A stretch of DNA of 64,000 nt from an uncultured Poribacteria bacterium (GCA_951813565.1 OX638351.1:1792001-1856000); one strand, 5' to 3'; shown: positions 10,737 to 21,145, counted from the stretch's first letter. The notes: generated by a model not told the origin, from the letters alone. Program-made: numbers and translations.

Positions 10737-11019
10737 TGATGTAAAATGAATCCAGAAAACTTTAGAAATTCAAATGCGGGAAAATGTGTCCGCAGCATAG
10801 GTCGTCATCCATATTGGGCTTATGTACCCAATCCACTCCCTCCGAAAATAGAATTGGATTGGGAGTTGGCTAATCTTCTCTCAGAAGCAAACATTAATTT
10901 TACACTGATCTAATAGAATGATATACTAAATTTAATCGCAAAAGGTGTGTCAAAATATACGTTGATACACTCACAGAGACATCTACCGTCTAAATTTTTC
11001 TCGGGACTGTCAGCGGAGG

Positions 11020-11316
11020 ATGGAAGAAATGGGACATACAAATACGCAGAATCACAACAGCGACTGGACATCAATACAATCCACCGATAAGGAAGCTTCT
11101 TTGTTAATGATAATTCAAGAAAATTCACAATTGCCGGAAAAAGATCGGACCCGTTATCAGCTGCTGTGGTACAAGTGTGAAAATGGAACTATAAGTGATG
11201 ATGAACTCGCCGAGTATCAAACGCTGTTGCGCCAATTGGAAACTCGTAACCTGAAACGGATTGAGGCACTGATGGCTTTGGCTCAGATCAAAGGAAAACG
11301 TTACGGAAAATTGTAA
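11020..11316 (+). CDS. Small helical hypothetical protein
   Basis: 98-aa ORF; second ATG preceded by GGAGG. Confidence 0.55.
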   Translation: MEEMGHTNTQNHNSDWTSIQSTDKEASLLMIIQENSQLPEKDRTRYQLLWYKCENGTISDDELAEYQTLLRQLETRNLKRIEALMALAQIKGKRYGKL

Positions 11317-11358
11317 CCAAACCACAACTAATTATTGAAGGAATTACATTTTGGAGTG

Positions 11359-11469
11359 ATGCTAATGACAAAAACTGTTGAAAAAGTTCAAAAAACCACC
11401 ACTATTCCCAACGAGGAAAGACTCAATCAACTCAAACAACTTTATCCAGAATGTCTAATACCAAATTAA
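11359..11469 (+). pseudogene. N-terminal remnant of a probable type III restriction-modification Mod methyltransferase, cut at the IS630
   Basis: GGAG RBS then MLMTKTVEKVQKTTTIPNEERLNQLKQLYPECL, resembling the 'LKQLFPECF' start of Mod proteins; runs directly into the IS terminal repeat. Confidence 0.55.
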
Positions 11470-12611
11470 CGAGAGTCATATTGTGTTTTCCATTTTGCAA
11501 ATCCACTGAAAACCGACATGTTCTTGTACCTTCTTTTTGTTTTTGGAAAACCACTGACACCTTTTCACAAGCACTTCTTCAAGGTCTGATAGCGTTCTAA
11601 AAACTTTATTGGCAACCACCTCTCGCAACAGAGGCCACAGCCGTTCGGCAGGTTGAAGTTCCGGTGTATACGGCGGTAAAAAAAATAACTCAATACCTTG
11701 TGGGACATCTAAATCCTTACCCGTGTGAAAACCGGCACGATCTAATAAGAGGATTATCTGTTTCTTGCCTTCCGGGTTTACATCCCGAGCAAACTCTGCC
11801 AACGCAAGGTTCATCACTTCAACACTCACACTCGGCATCAGAAGCCAATAGGTCTCACCCGTCTGTGGACGGACAAAACCGAAACCATAAAGCCATTTAT
11901 ATGACGGACACACCGAGGCTGTCGGTCTTTCACCTTGCTTCGCCCAGACACGCCGATGAACCGGCAATAATCCCACGCGTGCCTCGTCTTCTGCCCAGAC
12001 TTCTACCGATTTCTCCGGGTGCTGACCTTCAAGCTCAGCTACCCGCTCCCTAAGTTTTTTTTTAATGCTTGCTGCTCATCTGGTGTTGCAGCTGACTGAT
12101 GTTGAGGACGAGGTGTTTGTAAAGTATAACCGAGACGCTTGAGATATTTCCAACCTGACACATCACTGACAGGACGCTTGAGTGTCTCGGATATCCACGC
12201 AGCCACCTTCGGACCTGTCCACAGACCGCCATCAGCAGGAGGCGAAGAAAGTGCAGCTTCAAGGGCTGCTTGCTGTGTTTCATCCAAAATACGCTTGCGT
12301 CCATTGTTTTTGCGTTTGTCTCGCATAGCTGCTTCGCCTTCAGCGTTGTAGCGTTTGCGCAACTTCCGAACCCAGTCCGGCGTGCATCCTACAATCTCAG
12401 CAACTTCGCGAGGTGTTCGCGGATGTGTGGTATCAGCAAGAAGCCAAATAATATGCCAGTGCGTCCGTTCAATAGGACATTCACATTCAAGATACCTTTG
12501 TTTCAGAACTTCTACTGAAAAGTGAGGGAAAACCCCATGTTTTTTATTTTTCATCTGATCACAATAACACATCCAAAAAATAAATGCAAGAACAATCATA
12601 TTAATATGGTA
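11459..12611 (-). mobile_element. IS630-family insertion sequence
   Basis: IRs TACCAAATTAA / TTAATATGGTA, TAA on both flanks, two-ORF transposase. Confidence 0.9.
11476..12599 (-). CDS. IS630 transposase, expressed by -1 frameshift (HTH ORF 12039-12599 + DDE ORF)
   Basis: A9-C slippery run at 12055-12063; the -1 frame reads KKLRERVAELEGQHPEKSVEVWAEDEARVGL, then LLDRAGFH and LPPYTPELQPAERLW. Confidence 0.88.
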
Positions 12612-12620
12612 TAAGATCGC

Positions 12621-14105
12621 CTACTCTAAAAATGGAAATTGCATAAGTCCTGGCCAGAATAAAGCTTCATACGACTTAATCCAAGCTTCCCATGAATCCC
12701 TCATCTGATTTTGTGTAACACCTAAACTTGTCCATAGTTCTGGTAGTGCCGGATCGCGACGTAGAAGTAAAGTAGCACGCTGTTTTATTTCGTATCTCTC
12801 ATACAGAAAATCAAAAGGGACATTCAGAAAATCAAAAGGGAGATTGAAGCTACTAAATGGTTTTGATCTTATTTTTCTTCCAGTAGTAATTTCTACCGCT
12901 AATTCATGCATACTCAATGCCATGTAGTATGCAACAAGTGAAGATCGATACTCTGAATCATTTGCAAATATATGAGACAACCATTCCCATCTTTCATAAG
13001 CGTTAGCCAAATATCTCCAACCTTCTTTGCGTTCTATACCAAGCGATTGACAGTAACCCATGAGTTGAATGTTTTTCCATAAACTTTTGGTGTATGTTGG
13101 ACCCGTTGGTAAAGGAAATCTTGCCAGTGCTAAGTTTAACGCAAGATCTAACTGATTCGTTTGGATGCAAAGACTCCCATGCAAGCTATGGTAGACGTAT
13201 CCGAGGGCATACGGAATCTCAATCCAAGGCCCGTAGCCAGCAGGGTTCCAACCTTCCATATTTAGCAGGTCATCAAGCAAAGATTTTTGGTCGTTGAATT
13301 GCTCATCACAGGATTCGACTCCCACAAGTGCAACAGAAATTAAGGGGGCAACAATATCAACTGCTTTATCCATTACTTGATGTCGTTGCTCTATGTTTTC
13401 TACTCGTTGCCCATCCAATTCCTCTTTTCGCCACTTTACTAATGATTTGAATGCATTCGGACGAATTCGCTTAATAAGTCTTGACCAACCCATGATATCA
13501 TCCGCCCTGGCAAGCTCAAATGCAGAATCGTAAGCATGATCAACCGATTCGATCTTTTCAGGAATCTCAGGGAGGTTATGACTTAGAACTTTAGGGACCA
13601 AAAGTTGATTAGAAAGAGGATTTTTTCCTAAAGGTGGTTTCTGTGTTATTGGCACTTCATGGATCTCATGGAGCAATTCATTGAGTTTCTCATCAAATTT
13701 TTCGTCATCTGTGAAATCAATATAGACTCTCGTTGCTAAAAAAGTTGGTGTTTTTTCATCAGTTGACGATTGACGAATTATGGGTATAAATTTATTCGTT
13801 CCTAAATCTTGAGCGAGTTGAGCGGTAACAATAAGCCTTTCATATCCTACACCTCCCTGACCAGCGTTTGCCTTTCTTACATAGGTGTCTGTGCATATAA
13901 CAAGTACTCGATCAGAATCCCTAACACCGTTTTCCATGAATAATGTCATGTCATCACCTGCTCCCAAATCCCATTGATCGAGTATTACATCAACTCCACT
14001 TTCACGGAGTTTGCAACTGAGTTTCAGTACCCATTCTTTGTGTTCATCCGAATCGTGAGAATATGAGGCAAATACTTTCGGTGGTTCCATTGTTTCCTTT
14101 GACAA
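12621..14105 (-). CDS. TIR/SEFIR domain protein, putative anti-phage defence
   Basis: KVFASYSHDSDEHKEWVLKL...GVDVILDQWDL...GGVGYE; helical C-terminal region. Confidence 0.85.
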   Translation of the reverse strand: MSKETMEPPKVFASYSHDSDEHKEWVLKLSCKLRESGVDVILDQWDLGAGDDMTLFMENGVRDSDRVLVICTDTYVRKANAGQGGVGYERLIVTAQLAQDLGTNKFIPIIRQSSTDEKTPTFLATRVYIDFTDDEKFDEKLNELLHEIHEVPITQKPPLGKNPLSNQLLVPKVLSHNLPEIPEKIESVDHAYDSAFELARADDIMGWSRLIKRIRPNAFKSLVKWRKEELDGQRVENIEQRHQVMDKAVDIVAPLISVALVGVESCDEQFNDQKSLLDDLLNMEGWNPAGYGPWIEIPYALGYVYHSLHGSLCIQTNQLDLALNLALARFPLPTGPTYTKSLWKNIQLMGYCQSLGIERKEGWRYLANAYERWEWLSHIFANDSEYRSSLVAYYMALSMHELAVEITTGRKIRSKPFSSFNLPFDFLNVPFDFLYERYEIKQRATLLLRRDPALPELWTSLGVTQNQMRDSWEAWIKSYEALFWPGLMQFPFLE

Positions 14106-14202
14106 TTTTGAATTGTTTTCCTACGTTTATTGCTGTATAATTCTATTCAATTAGACACAAACGTTATAACACATTTAGGCACCTAAATCAAGGAAAAGCG
14201 TC

Positions 14203-15309
14203 ATGAAATACTACACACTTATCCTCACATTATTACTCTCAACAACTCTGATCGCAACTGCCGCAGACCACGACAAAGACCCAATTATAACTTTACTGAA
14301 GTTTGATGCAATCCCCGCTATCACAAAGCCGCAATTTGTGCCTGCGGGTAAAGCAAAATTAGACGCGAACGCTCCTGTCATTGGCGTAAACTTCAACGGT
14401 GAAAGCCATGCCTACTCGCTCTATCTGTTGAACGGACACGAGATTGTGAACGATGTTGTTGGCGGAAAGAAAATCGCTACGACATGGTGACCGCTCTGCA
14501 AAACGGCTATCGTGTATAGCCGGGAACTTGACGGTAAAACCTATACCTTCGGTGTCAGCGGCAAATTATGGCGAGATGCGCTGTTGATGTATGACCACCA
14601 GACTCGTTCGCTATGGTCACATATCACAGGTGAAGCGATAGAGGGACCACTGAAAGGTAAGCAATTGAAACCACTCGCTTCCATGCCACAGATCGCATGG
14701 AAAACATGGCGTAAGAATTATCCTAAGACAAAAGTGTTGTCTGTAGGTGCGCGTGAAAGCCTAAAGCGAGATAATTACGCAGACTATCATAAAAGCCAAC
14801 GCGCAGGTGTGAGTGGGACGAGATACACTGATAAGAGACTACCCAATAAGTCTCTTGTGATCGGTGTTCAAGTGCAGACCAAAGACGGTGCTCCGGGCAG
14901 ACCTGGTGCGCATGGTAGAAACGGCACTGATGGACAAGATGGTGCTGCTGGTCGGAGTGGTTCTTTCGATCCCTATAACACACAGTTTCGTGCGTATCCA
15001 TTGACGCACTTTGCTAAAACTGCGGTGATTAATGACATGGTTGGTGAGGTGCCGCTGCTGGTTTTTCACGATAAAGAGTCATTCGCAACGACTGTCTTTA
15101 AGCGGAACGTAGCGAAGGATGTGCGCACCTTTAATTCTCAAGATGGGCATTTTGTAGAAGACAACACCGGAACACGCTGGAATCTGGTCACAGGTGAGAC
15201 AACATCTGGTAAAGAGAAAGGGACACGTTTGGAAAGGTTGCCCGCTGTCAATATCTACTGGTTCGCTTGGGCACGCTACTACCCCGAAACAACAGTTTAC
15301 GGTCAGTAA
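14203..15309 (+). CDS. DUF3179-family selenoprotein (UGA at 14488-14490 read as Sec)
   Basis: Two in-frame ORFs joined as ATTW-U-PLCKTAIVY; DAIPAI, HEIVND, FGVSGKL, YDHQTRSLWS and YWFAW motifs; hairpin 14504-14522. Confidence 0.88.
14504..14522 (+). promoter_or_regulatory. Candidate bacterial SECIS hairpin
   Basis: CGGCTAT-CGTGT-ATAGCCG, 13 nt after the UGA. Confidence 0.75.
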
Positions 15310-15327
15310 CTTATCAAATGTCTAATT

Positions 15328-15587
15328 GAGGGTGGTTCATAATTATTTTGCATAACATCATAGGTAGTGCCATACTCTACACATCCGCCCATCTGGGTTT
15401 ACAGCGTTTGTAGTCGCGCAATTCATTGCCAAATCAACGCAGCATGCGCCAAATCAACGGTATGAATGCCTTATGGCATTCCCCGTGTGGCATGCTGCGC
15501 CTCTTTAAATTTGTGGACGGAAACCCACGGCGTGTGTCTACTACCTTTAAGCGTATATCTAACATCGGCTATTTATGAATTACCCTC
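15328..15587. mobile_element. 260-bp MITE (same family as 6087-6346), inserted in the 3' end of the SDR gene
   Basis: GAGGGTGGTTCATAA / TTATGAATTACCCTC ends; GTCTAATT duplicated at 15320-15327 and 15588-15595. Confidence 0.85.
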
Positions 15588-16343
15588 GTCTAATTCGACG
15601 ACTTCGCCCGCCATATCACGATGCATCGTCGGACGGATAACCAATTCAGGTATGTTGCTCCGTTGCGGCAAGGTAGCAATCAGTAGAATTGCTGCTGATG
15701 TTTCGGCAACGTCTACCATAGTTGTCCGCGCATCATCATCCGGAGGGATCGGACGTTTGTCCAGAATCGGCGTTGCTACTTCGCCAGGAATTATGACGCT
15801 TGCTCGGATACCTGTATTCCGCAAATCATTATTGAGAAACTCGGTGAAGTTAATTACCCCTGATTTTGCAGCACCATAAGCAAACCCACTGAAAGGACCA
15901 GGCGTAACCGCTGCCAGCGAGGAGATGTTGATAATCGTCCCCGATTTCGCTTTCAACATAGCAGGTACTACCGCTTGCGTACAAAAAAATGTGCCGATTA
16001 GGTTTGAATCAATGACTGAGCGCGTCTCCTCTGGTGTCGTATTGAGGAGACGTCGATTATGTGAACTGTGTCCAGCATTGTTCACAAGCACATCAATCCG
16101 ACCAAATTTCTCAAGCACATCACGGACCATCTGTTGAACAGCATCATAGTCCGCGACATCAAGTGCATAACTTACCGCTGTCCCACCCGTTGCCGTTATT
16201 TCAGATTTAACGGCATCTAACTTGGATTCTGTTCTGCCGACAATTACAACTTTGGCATCTTCTTGCGCCATTTTGAGAGCAGCATCACGACCAATTCCGC
16301 TGCCACCACCTGTGATGACACATACTTGTTCCTTTAATTTCAT
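15573..16343 (-). CDS. SDR family oxidoreductase
   Basis: TGGGSGIG, NNAG, YGAAK. Confidence 0.92.
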   Translation of the reverse strand: MKLKEQVCVITGGGSGIGRDAALKMAQEDAKVVIVGRTESKLDAVKSEITATGGTAVSYALDVADYDAVQQMVRDVLEKFGRIDVLVNNAGHSSHNRRLLNTTPEETRSVIDSNLIGTFFCTQAVVPAMLKAKSGTIINISSLAAVTPGPFSGFAYGAAKSGVINFTEFLNNDLRNTGIRASVIIPGEVATPILDKRPIPPDDDARTTMVDVAETSAAILLIATLPQRSNIPELVIRPTMHRDMAGEVVELDEGNS

Positions 16344-17176
16344 TCCTCACCTCCATTTGGCAAAATACGTTGGACAGCCGCTTTCACCTCTTTTGAAAAC
16401 GATTCCAGTTCATACTGTTCATCAGAGATTTTATCACGATGTTCCTCAAATGGATACCCTCCCTTTCCACCTTCATTGAAGTAGACACTCAGCTGGTATC
16501 GTTGAAAAATGTTCATGCGGGGATAATCTTCTGTCCACGGACTTGCATCGTGAAGCAGATTCGTTGAGAAGACAGCAACATCACCTGCCTGCATCGGTAA
16601 CGTAATTGAGGTCGGTGGATCGTGCTTGACAGGTAGATGTGCTGGCGTTTGAAATAGGGATTTATGACTGCCAGGGACAAGGCAAAATCCTGTTCCCGGT
16701 GGCACGTCCACCAAGGCAACCCACGTCGCAATATGGTTACAATAGATATGCCCAGCGGCAGCTTGATAATCGTTATGCGGATTGCGGAATCCCGATGGAA
16801 ACTTAAACCCGCTATCATCACGATGAAAGTGTTGAGGATAGTCATGCTTTGTCATCATCGTGAAATTGTTGTGAAAGAGACGCGGTGCGTTCATAGTTAA
16901 CCCCGCTACAACCCGCATAATGCCCGGGTTCATTGCGAGGTCTTGAAACAAGCGATGTCCATATTGGATATGTCCTATATGTGTTTTACACGGTTCTTGT
17001 CTCCCGCGGTGTAATGGCGGCGGGATGCCAGATTCATCAATTGTGAGCCAATGTTGAAGCACCTTTAACATCTCCTCAATCTCGTCCTTCGGGATAACAT
17101 TCCGCAAGACAAGGAAGCCTTGTAAATCAAAATACCACTTTTCCTCTTCGGTTAAAGTGGGTTGAATATCATACAT
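16340..17176 (-). CDS. PhyH family dioxygenase
   Basis: EKWYFDLQGFL, HRD facial-triad motif, VPGSHKS, AGDVAVFSTNLLH. Confidence 0.9.
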   Translation of the reverse strand: MYDIQPTLTEEEKWYFDLQGFLVLRNVIPKDEIEEMLKVLQHWLTIDESGIPPPLHRGRQEPCKTHIGHIQYGHRLFQDLAMNPGIMRVVAGLTMNAPRLFHNNFTMMTKHDYPQHFHRDDSGFKFPSGFRNPHNDYQAAAGHIYCNHIATWVALVDVPPGTGFCLVPGSHKSLFQTPAHLPVKHDPPTSITLPMQAGDVAVFSTNLLHDASPWTEDYPRMNIFQRYQLSVYFNEGGKGGYPFEEHRDKISDEQYELESFSKEVKAAVQRILPNGGEE

Positions 17177-17270
17177 TAATTTTCTCCACAGTTACTGGTT
17201 GTGATACATAATAGATTATCAAAATTACCCAAAATTTACAAGGGATGACATTTGGAATTTAACTATCTGC

Positions 17271-17298
17271 TTGACAAAAACCTAAAAACATCTATAAT
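17271..17298 (+). promoter_or_regulatory. Sigma70-type promoter
   Basis: TTGACA-N16-TATAAT upstream of 17396. Confidence 0.7.
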
Positions 17299-17395
17299 TG
17301 AAAAAACTTCACAATCGGTTAATTCCCAAGAAAATAACTATAAAACGGTAATAAGATTATCATGCAAAATTTAGAACTTACTAAGGAGCATTATA

Positions 17396-18640
17396 ATGCC
17401 AAAACGTATAAAAATCGGACTGATCGGATGTGGCATGATATCCGGTTCACACGTCAACGGATATCTGGGACATCCACAGCACGCGGAAATCGTTGCTGTT
17501 TGCGATACAGTTGACGCGAACGCACAACGGAGAGCCGCAGAAGTACTTTCTGGTGCAGAATCTCGCGCTAACTCTGCTACTGCCGACGCAGAAAAAGCGG
17601 ATACTGCGGAAGCACGCGATCGCTTGAAAGAAAACGCTGCACGTTGGGCAGAATATAAAGATAACGGTGTCAAAATCTTCAGTGATTTCAACGAAATGTT
17701 GAAAGAGTGCGAATTAGACGCAGTCAGTCTTGCTACACCACCTTTTGTCCACGAACCCGCTTCAGTTGCAGCTGCAAACGCAGGAAAACACGTCTTCTGC
17801 GAAAAACCGATGGCACGCACTGCAACTGAAGCAAGAAATATGCGCGATGCATGCGATAAAGCAGGTGTTAAACTGGCATATCAGAGCGGTGGTACATGCC
17901 TCAACCCAACGAGTTACGCTATCCGAGAGTCTGTCATCTCCGGAAAAATCGGAGATGTCCACTACGGTAGACTCACCAGTTACCGTCTTCGCGGTAGACC
18001 CAATGTTGATATGTTCGGTTTCGGCAAATGGTTTCTTAATTCTGTTTACAGCGGTGGCGGGACGATATACGACACAGGTGTCTACGATATCAACCGTTCT
18101 ATCTATTTACTCGGTTCACCACAACCCGCAACAATCAGCGGCATTGCATATCGTGGCATGCCTCCGGAATATACAGGTGAAGAAATTAACGATGTTGAAG
18201 AATTCGTTTCTGTGTTTGTCCGATTTACAAACGGCATGTCATTTACTTACGAACACGGCTGGTCATGCAATATGGCAGGGCAACCGCAAGGCATCTTTAT
18301 CTTCGGTTCAAAAGGGTCATTTAGTGGTGATAAACTTTTCCTTGAGAAAGGGAAATGGGAAACCGATGACAAAGGCAACCGTAGACGTTATCAAGGCAAT
18401 CTCGTCGAAACACCGTTAGAGCTGCCCGATAAGCACTTCCCCGATAAGTTCCGTGATTTTCTCAACGCCTGCAATAGCGATGCACAACCTGTCAGTAATG
18501 GCGACATTGGTCAGAAAGTTACTGAAATTATGAGCGGCGCACTCTTGTCGGCAAAACTGAAGCGTGAAATCAGTGTAGAAGAACTCTACGAAATAGAAGC
18601 ACTCCGCACCGAACCGACACCGGGTTGGCCTATTCCGTAA
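17396..18640 (+). CDS. Gfo/Idh/MocA oxidoreductase
   Basis: IGLIGCGMIS, GKHVFCEKPM, GGGTIYDTGVY. Confidence 0.92.
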   Translation: MPKRIKIGLIGCGMISGSHVNGYLGHPQHAEIVAVCDTVDANAQRRAAEVLSGAESRANSATADAEKADTAEARDRLKENAARWAEYKDNGVKIFSDFNEMLKECELDAVSLATPPFVHEPASVAAANAGKHVFCEKPMARTATEARNMRDACDKAGVKLAYQSGGTCLNPTSYAIRESVISGKIGDVHYGRLTSYRLRGRPNVDMFGFGKWFLNSVYSGGGTIYDTGVYDINRSIYLLGSPQPATISGIAYRGMPPEYTGEEINDVEEFVSVFVRFTNGMSFTYEHGWSCNMAGQPQGIFIFGSKGSFSGDKLFLEKGKWETDDKGNRRRYQGNLVETPLELPDKHFPDKFRDFLNACNSDAQPVSNGDIGQKVTEIMSGALLSAKLKREISVEELYEIEALRTEPTPGWPIP

Positions 18641-19351
18641 AGAACATTCGGTTTTCCGAAAGTTATGCTTCTTCAGCAAAACCTAATACCATTAAATGAC
18701 TATCCAGGGGTATTTAGTTTTCGTTTTTTTTAGCATATTTTATCACAAACGTTAATGTTTATAGCAAATCTAAATATGTGAACACCTTGGTAGGTGCGAT
18801 TCCCTAACCGCACCTACTGTAACCTATAAATAATTACTATATTATCCTAACTCTCAGTAACACGCATCAACTGATAATTCTTAAAACTATAGTGAACTTG
18901 GAAAATAAAGGGACATATTTTCTGTAGGAGCGATCTCCGAATCGCGACGAACCTCACTGATAGTCGGGAATCGGAGTTCCCTCCCGCCAAATGCCAAACG
19001 CGCATTTGGCGTTGATTCACATCTCAAAATGTCCCGTTAATTCTAAAGCTTACTATAAATAACCCTGATGACTATCAATTTAAGGTTGAAAAACACCTCT
19101 TTATAAGGTATCCTTAATAAAATTCAATTTGTGATGCTTTCAACACCTCTTTACCAAGGAACAGATGTTAGACTGATTACCAGAAAAAACTGTAATACAG
19201 GAACCTCTTTGATGGTAGAAACCATATCTATTATCCTAAAAAAATACACAAAATAGAAAAAAATATGCAATTTGCTATTAACTTTTTCTATTTAAGATAT
19301 ATATATAAAGTTAAAGGATGTTTTAAAAAAGGGAGAGGGTCTCTCATTAAA

Positions 19352-20013
19352 TTGAAATGTCAATTGGTAGGTGCGAATTGCCCACCTTACTCACATAAGG
19401 GTGAATTCCGACCGAATAACGCAACAATTACCGGTTTTTTACCTGATTTGCGTCGGTGTGCAAGTTGTATTGCGTACGGTTCGCCATTGCTCCCCGCGTT
19501 TCGGGATGATTTGATACAAATTGCTTCCATAACGCTTATAGAAAAAGGACCAGCGTTCAATCCTACACATGAAAGTGGTGCCAGCTTCGGAACTTTCATC
19601 CGCCCGCGAATTTGCGTAAGTTTGATAAATGCAAAGTGTAAGGAACTTAAACACCATGCACGGGAACGCTCTGAATCCTATATGGATCCAGATATCGACG
19701 AGGCACTAAATCAAAATGACAAAGCCAAAAGAGATATAGACCTTATTTCAAATGTTCCTGATGTCAATGCCGAATGTTTTGTGGATAGGCTTATTTGGGA
19801 GATATCAGTTGCAAATTTTGAGAAGGTCCTGCCTCAACTCCTTGAAGCATTGACACAACGTGAACGACAGGTTTCATCTGCATTCGCGAGGATATGCCGA
19901 ATTGTGATATTGCTAAAATGTTGCAACTTAGCCCACCGCGAATCAGTCAGTTGGTGCAAACCATAGAACAGAAGTTGCGCCAGGGGTGTCAAAAGTTCGG
20001 ATTAATTGAATAG
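19352..20013 (+). pseudogene. Sigma-70 family sigma factor, frameshifted
   Basis: Region 2-like DDLIQIASITL..FNPTHESGASFGTF; a 1-nt shift at 19871-19874 restores LTQRERQVFICIREDMPNCDIAKMLQLSPPRISQL (region 4 HTH), ending at TAG 20011-20013. Confidence 0.75.
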
Positions 20014-20097
20014 GACTTAGAGCAGATACTCACAATTCCCTATAGCAAAGCGTGTGAGGTTCATTCTATTTTGAAAATACTTATGCCTCAACTGCAG

Positions 20098-20146
20098 AGG
20101 CGATTGCACATGCCAGCAGTGCAGCTGGTGCGCAATCGCCTTTTTT
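20098..20146 (+). terminator. Intrinsic terminator
   Basis: AGGCGATTGC...GCAATCGCCT followed by a T-run. Confidence 0.65.
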
Positions 20147-20785
20147 GTTTAAGCATCCAACACGCGCCTAACAATACCCGACAACTATTCCAATGCTTGT
20201 TGTTGGGTGTCATACCCAATTAACCTATAACTGTCAATTTAAGGAGTGAAGGAGCACAACCTCTTGTCGGAGGCATTTGCAACACCGATAAATACGTATG
20301 CAAAGTAGTAGGCACACTCCGTGTGCCGTATTATACCAAAGCATATGAGGCGGATGGCACGCGGGCGTGCCTGCTACCTTTAAATCAACGCTAAATTGAC
20401 AACTATGGATGTCATACCCAATTAACCCAATTCGTAGTGCAAGGTCTCTGTGCCTCGCAATGCCGACTTTCTCAGAAAACGCCTAATTAAGTCAATTTGT
20501 TATCAGTAGGCACTTGAAGTGCAAGCCTCAAAGCAGTACAACCACACACAATTAGACACTATCCTCAATCCATTCTAAATTAGCAGGATTTGATTAGAAG
20601 TCAATTACCACAAAGCAAAATGAAAATCACCGATTTTCATTTTTCCTTGCATCGCACAAGGTTTTTGGAAATTTGTAAGAAATTTGCAATTGCTATTAAC
20701 TTTTTCTATTTAAGACATATATAAGTAGTAGAGGGTTCATAAATCATTGAAACAGCAATTAAATGTAAACGAGAAGGAGTATCCT

Positions 20786-21145
20786 ATGTCAACTACAATT
20801 CGTTAGAAAGATAACATCATAATTTTGGAACCGACTGGCAAAATTATGGGCGAAGTTATACCGGAATTGCGAGAAATCCTGATAAAACAGATAGATAAAT
20901 CTGAAAGACCTTGCATTCTCATCAACTTTGGACGCGTTTATAAAATGGATAGTGCCGGGCTCGGAACATTTATCGTAGCCTATAACATGGTAAGGTCGAA
21001 AGGAGGACGTATCGCAATCATCAATGTCGGCAAACACATTAAAAACTTGATTGTCCAAAGCCGACTCATCAACATTTTTGAACATTTCAGGACTGAAGAT
21101 GCAGCGATCAAAGCATTTTCAAATACCTATTTGAAAAACTATTAG
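20786..21145 (+). pseudogene. STAS-domain anti-sigma factor antagonist with in-frame TAG at codon 7
   Basis: AAGGAG RBS, MSTTIR*KDNIIILEPTGKIMG...MDSAGLG. Confidence 0.75.

Noticed and set aside
15466..15879. ORFs beginning MPYGIPRVACC (also 6007-6210, 48953-49294, 50420-50608)
   Set aside because: Translations of MITE/REP sequence, not genes.
20804..20806. Pyrrolysine or programmed amber readthrough in the STAS gene
   Set aside because: No pyl genes are visible, and other genes here use TAG as an ordinary stop. A CAG>TAG mutation is simpler.
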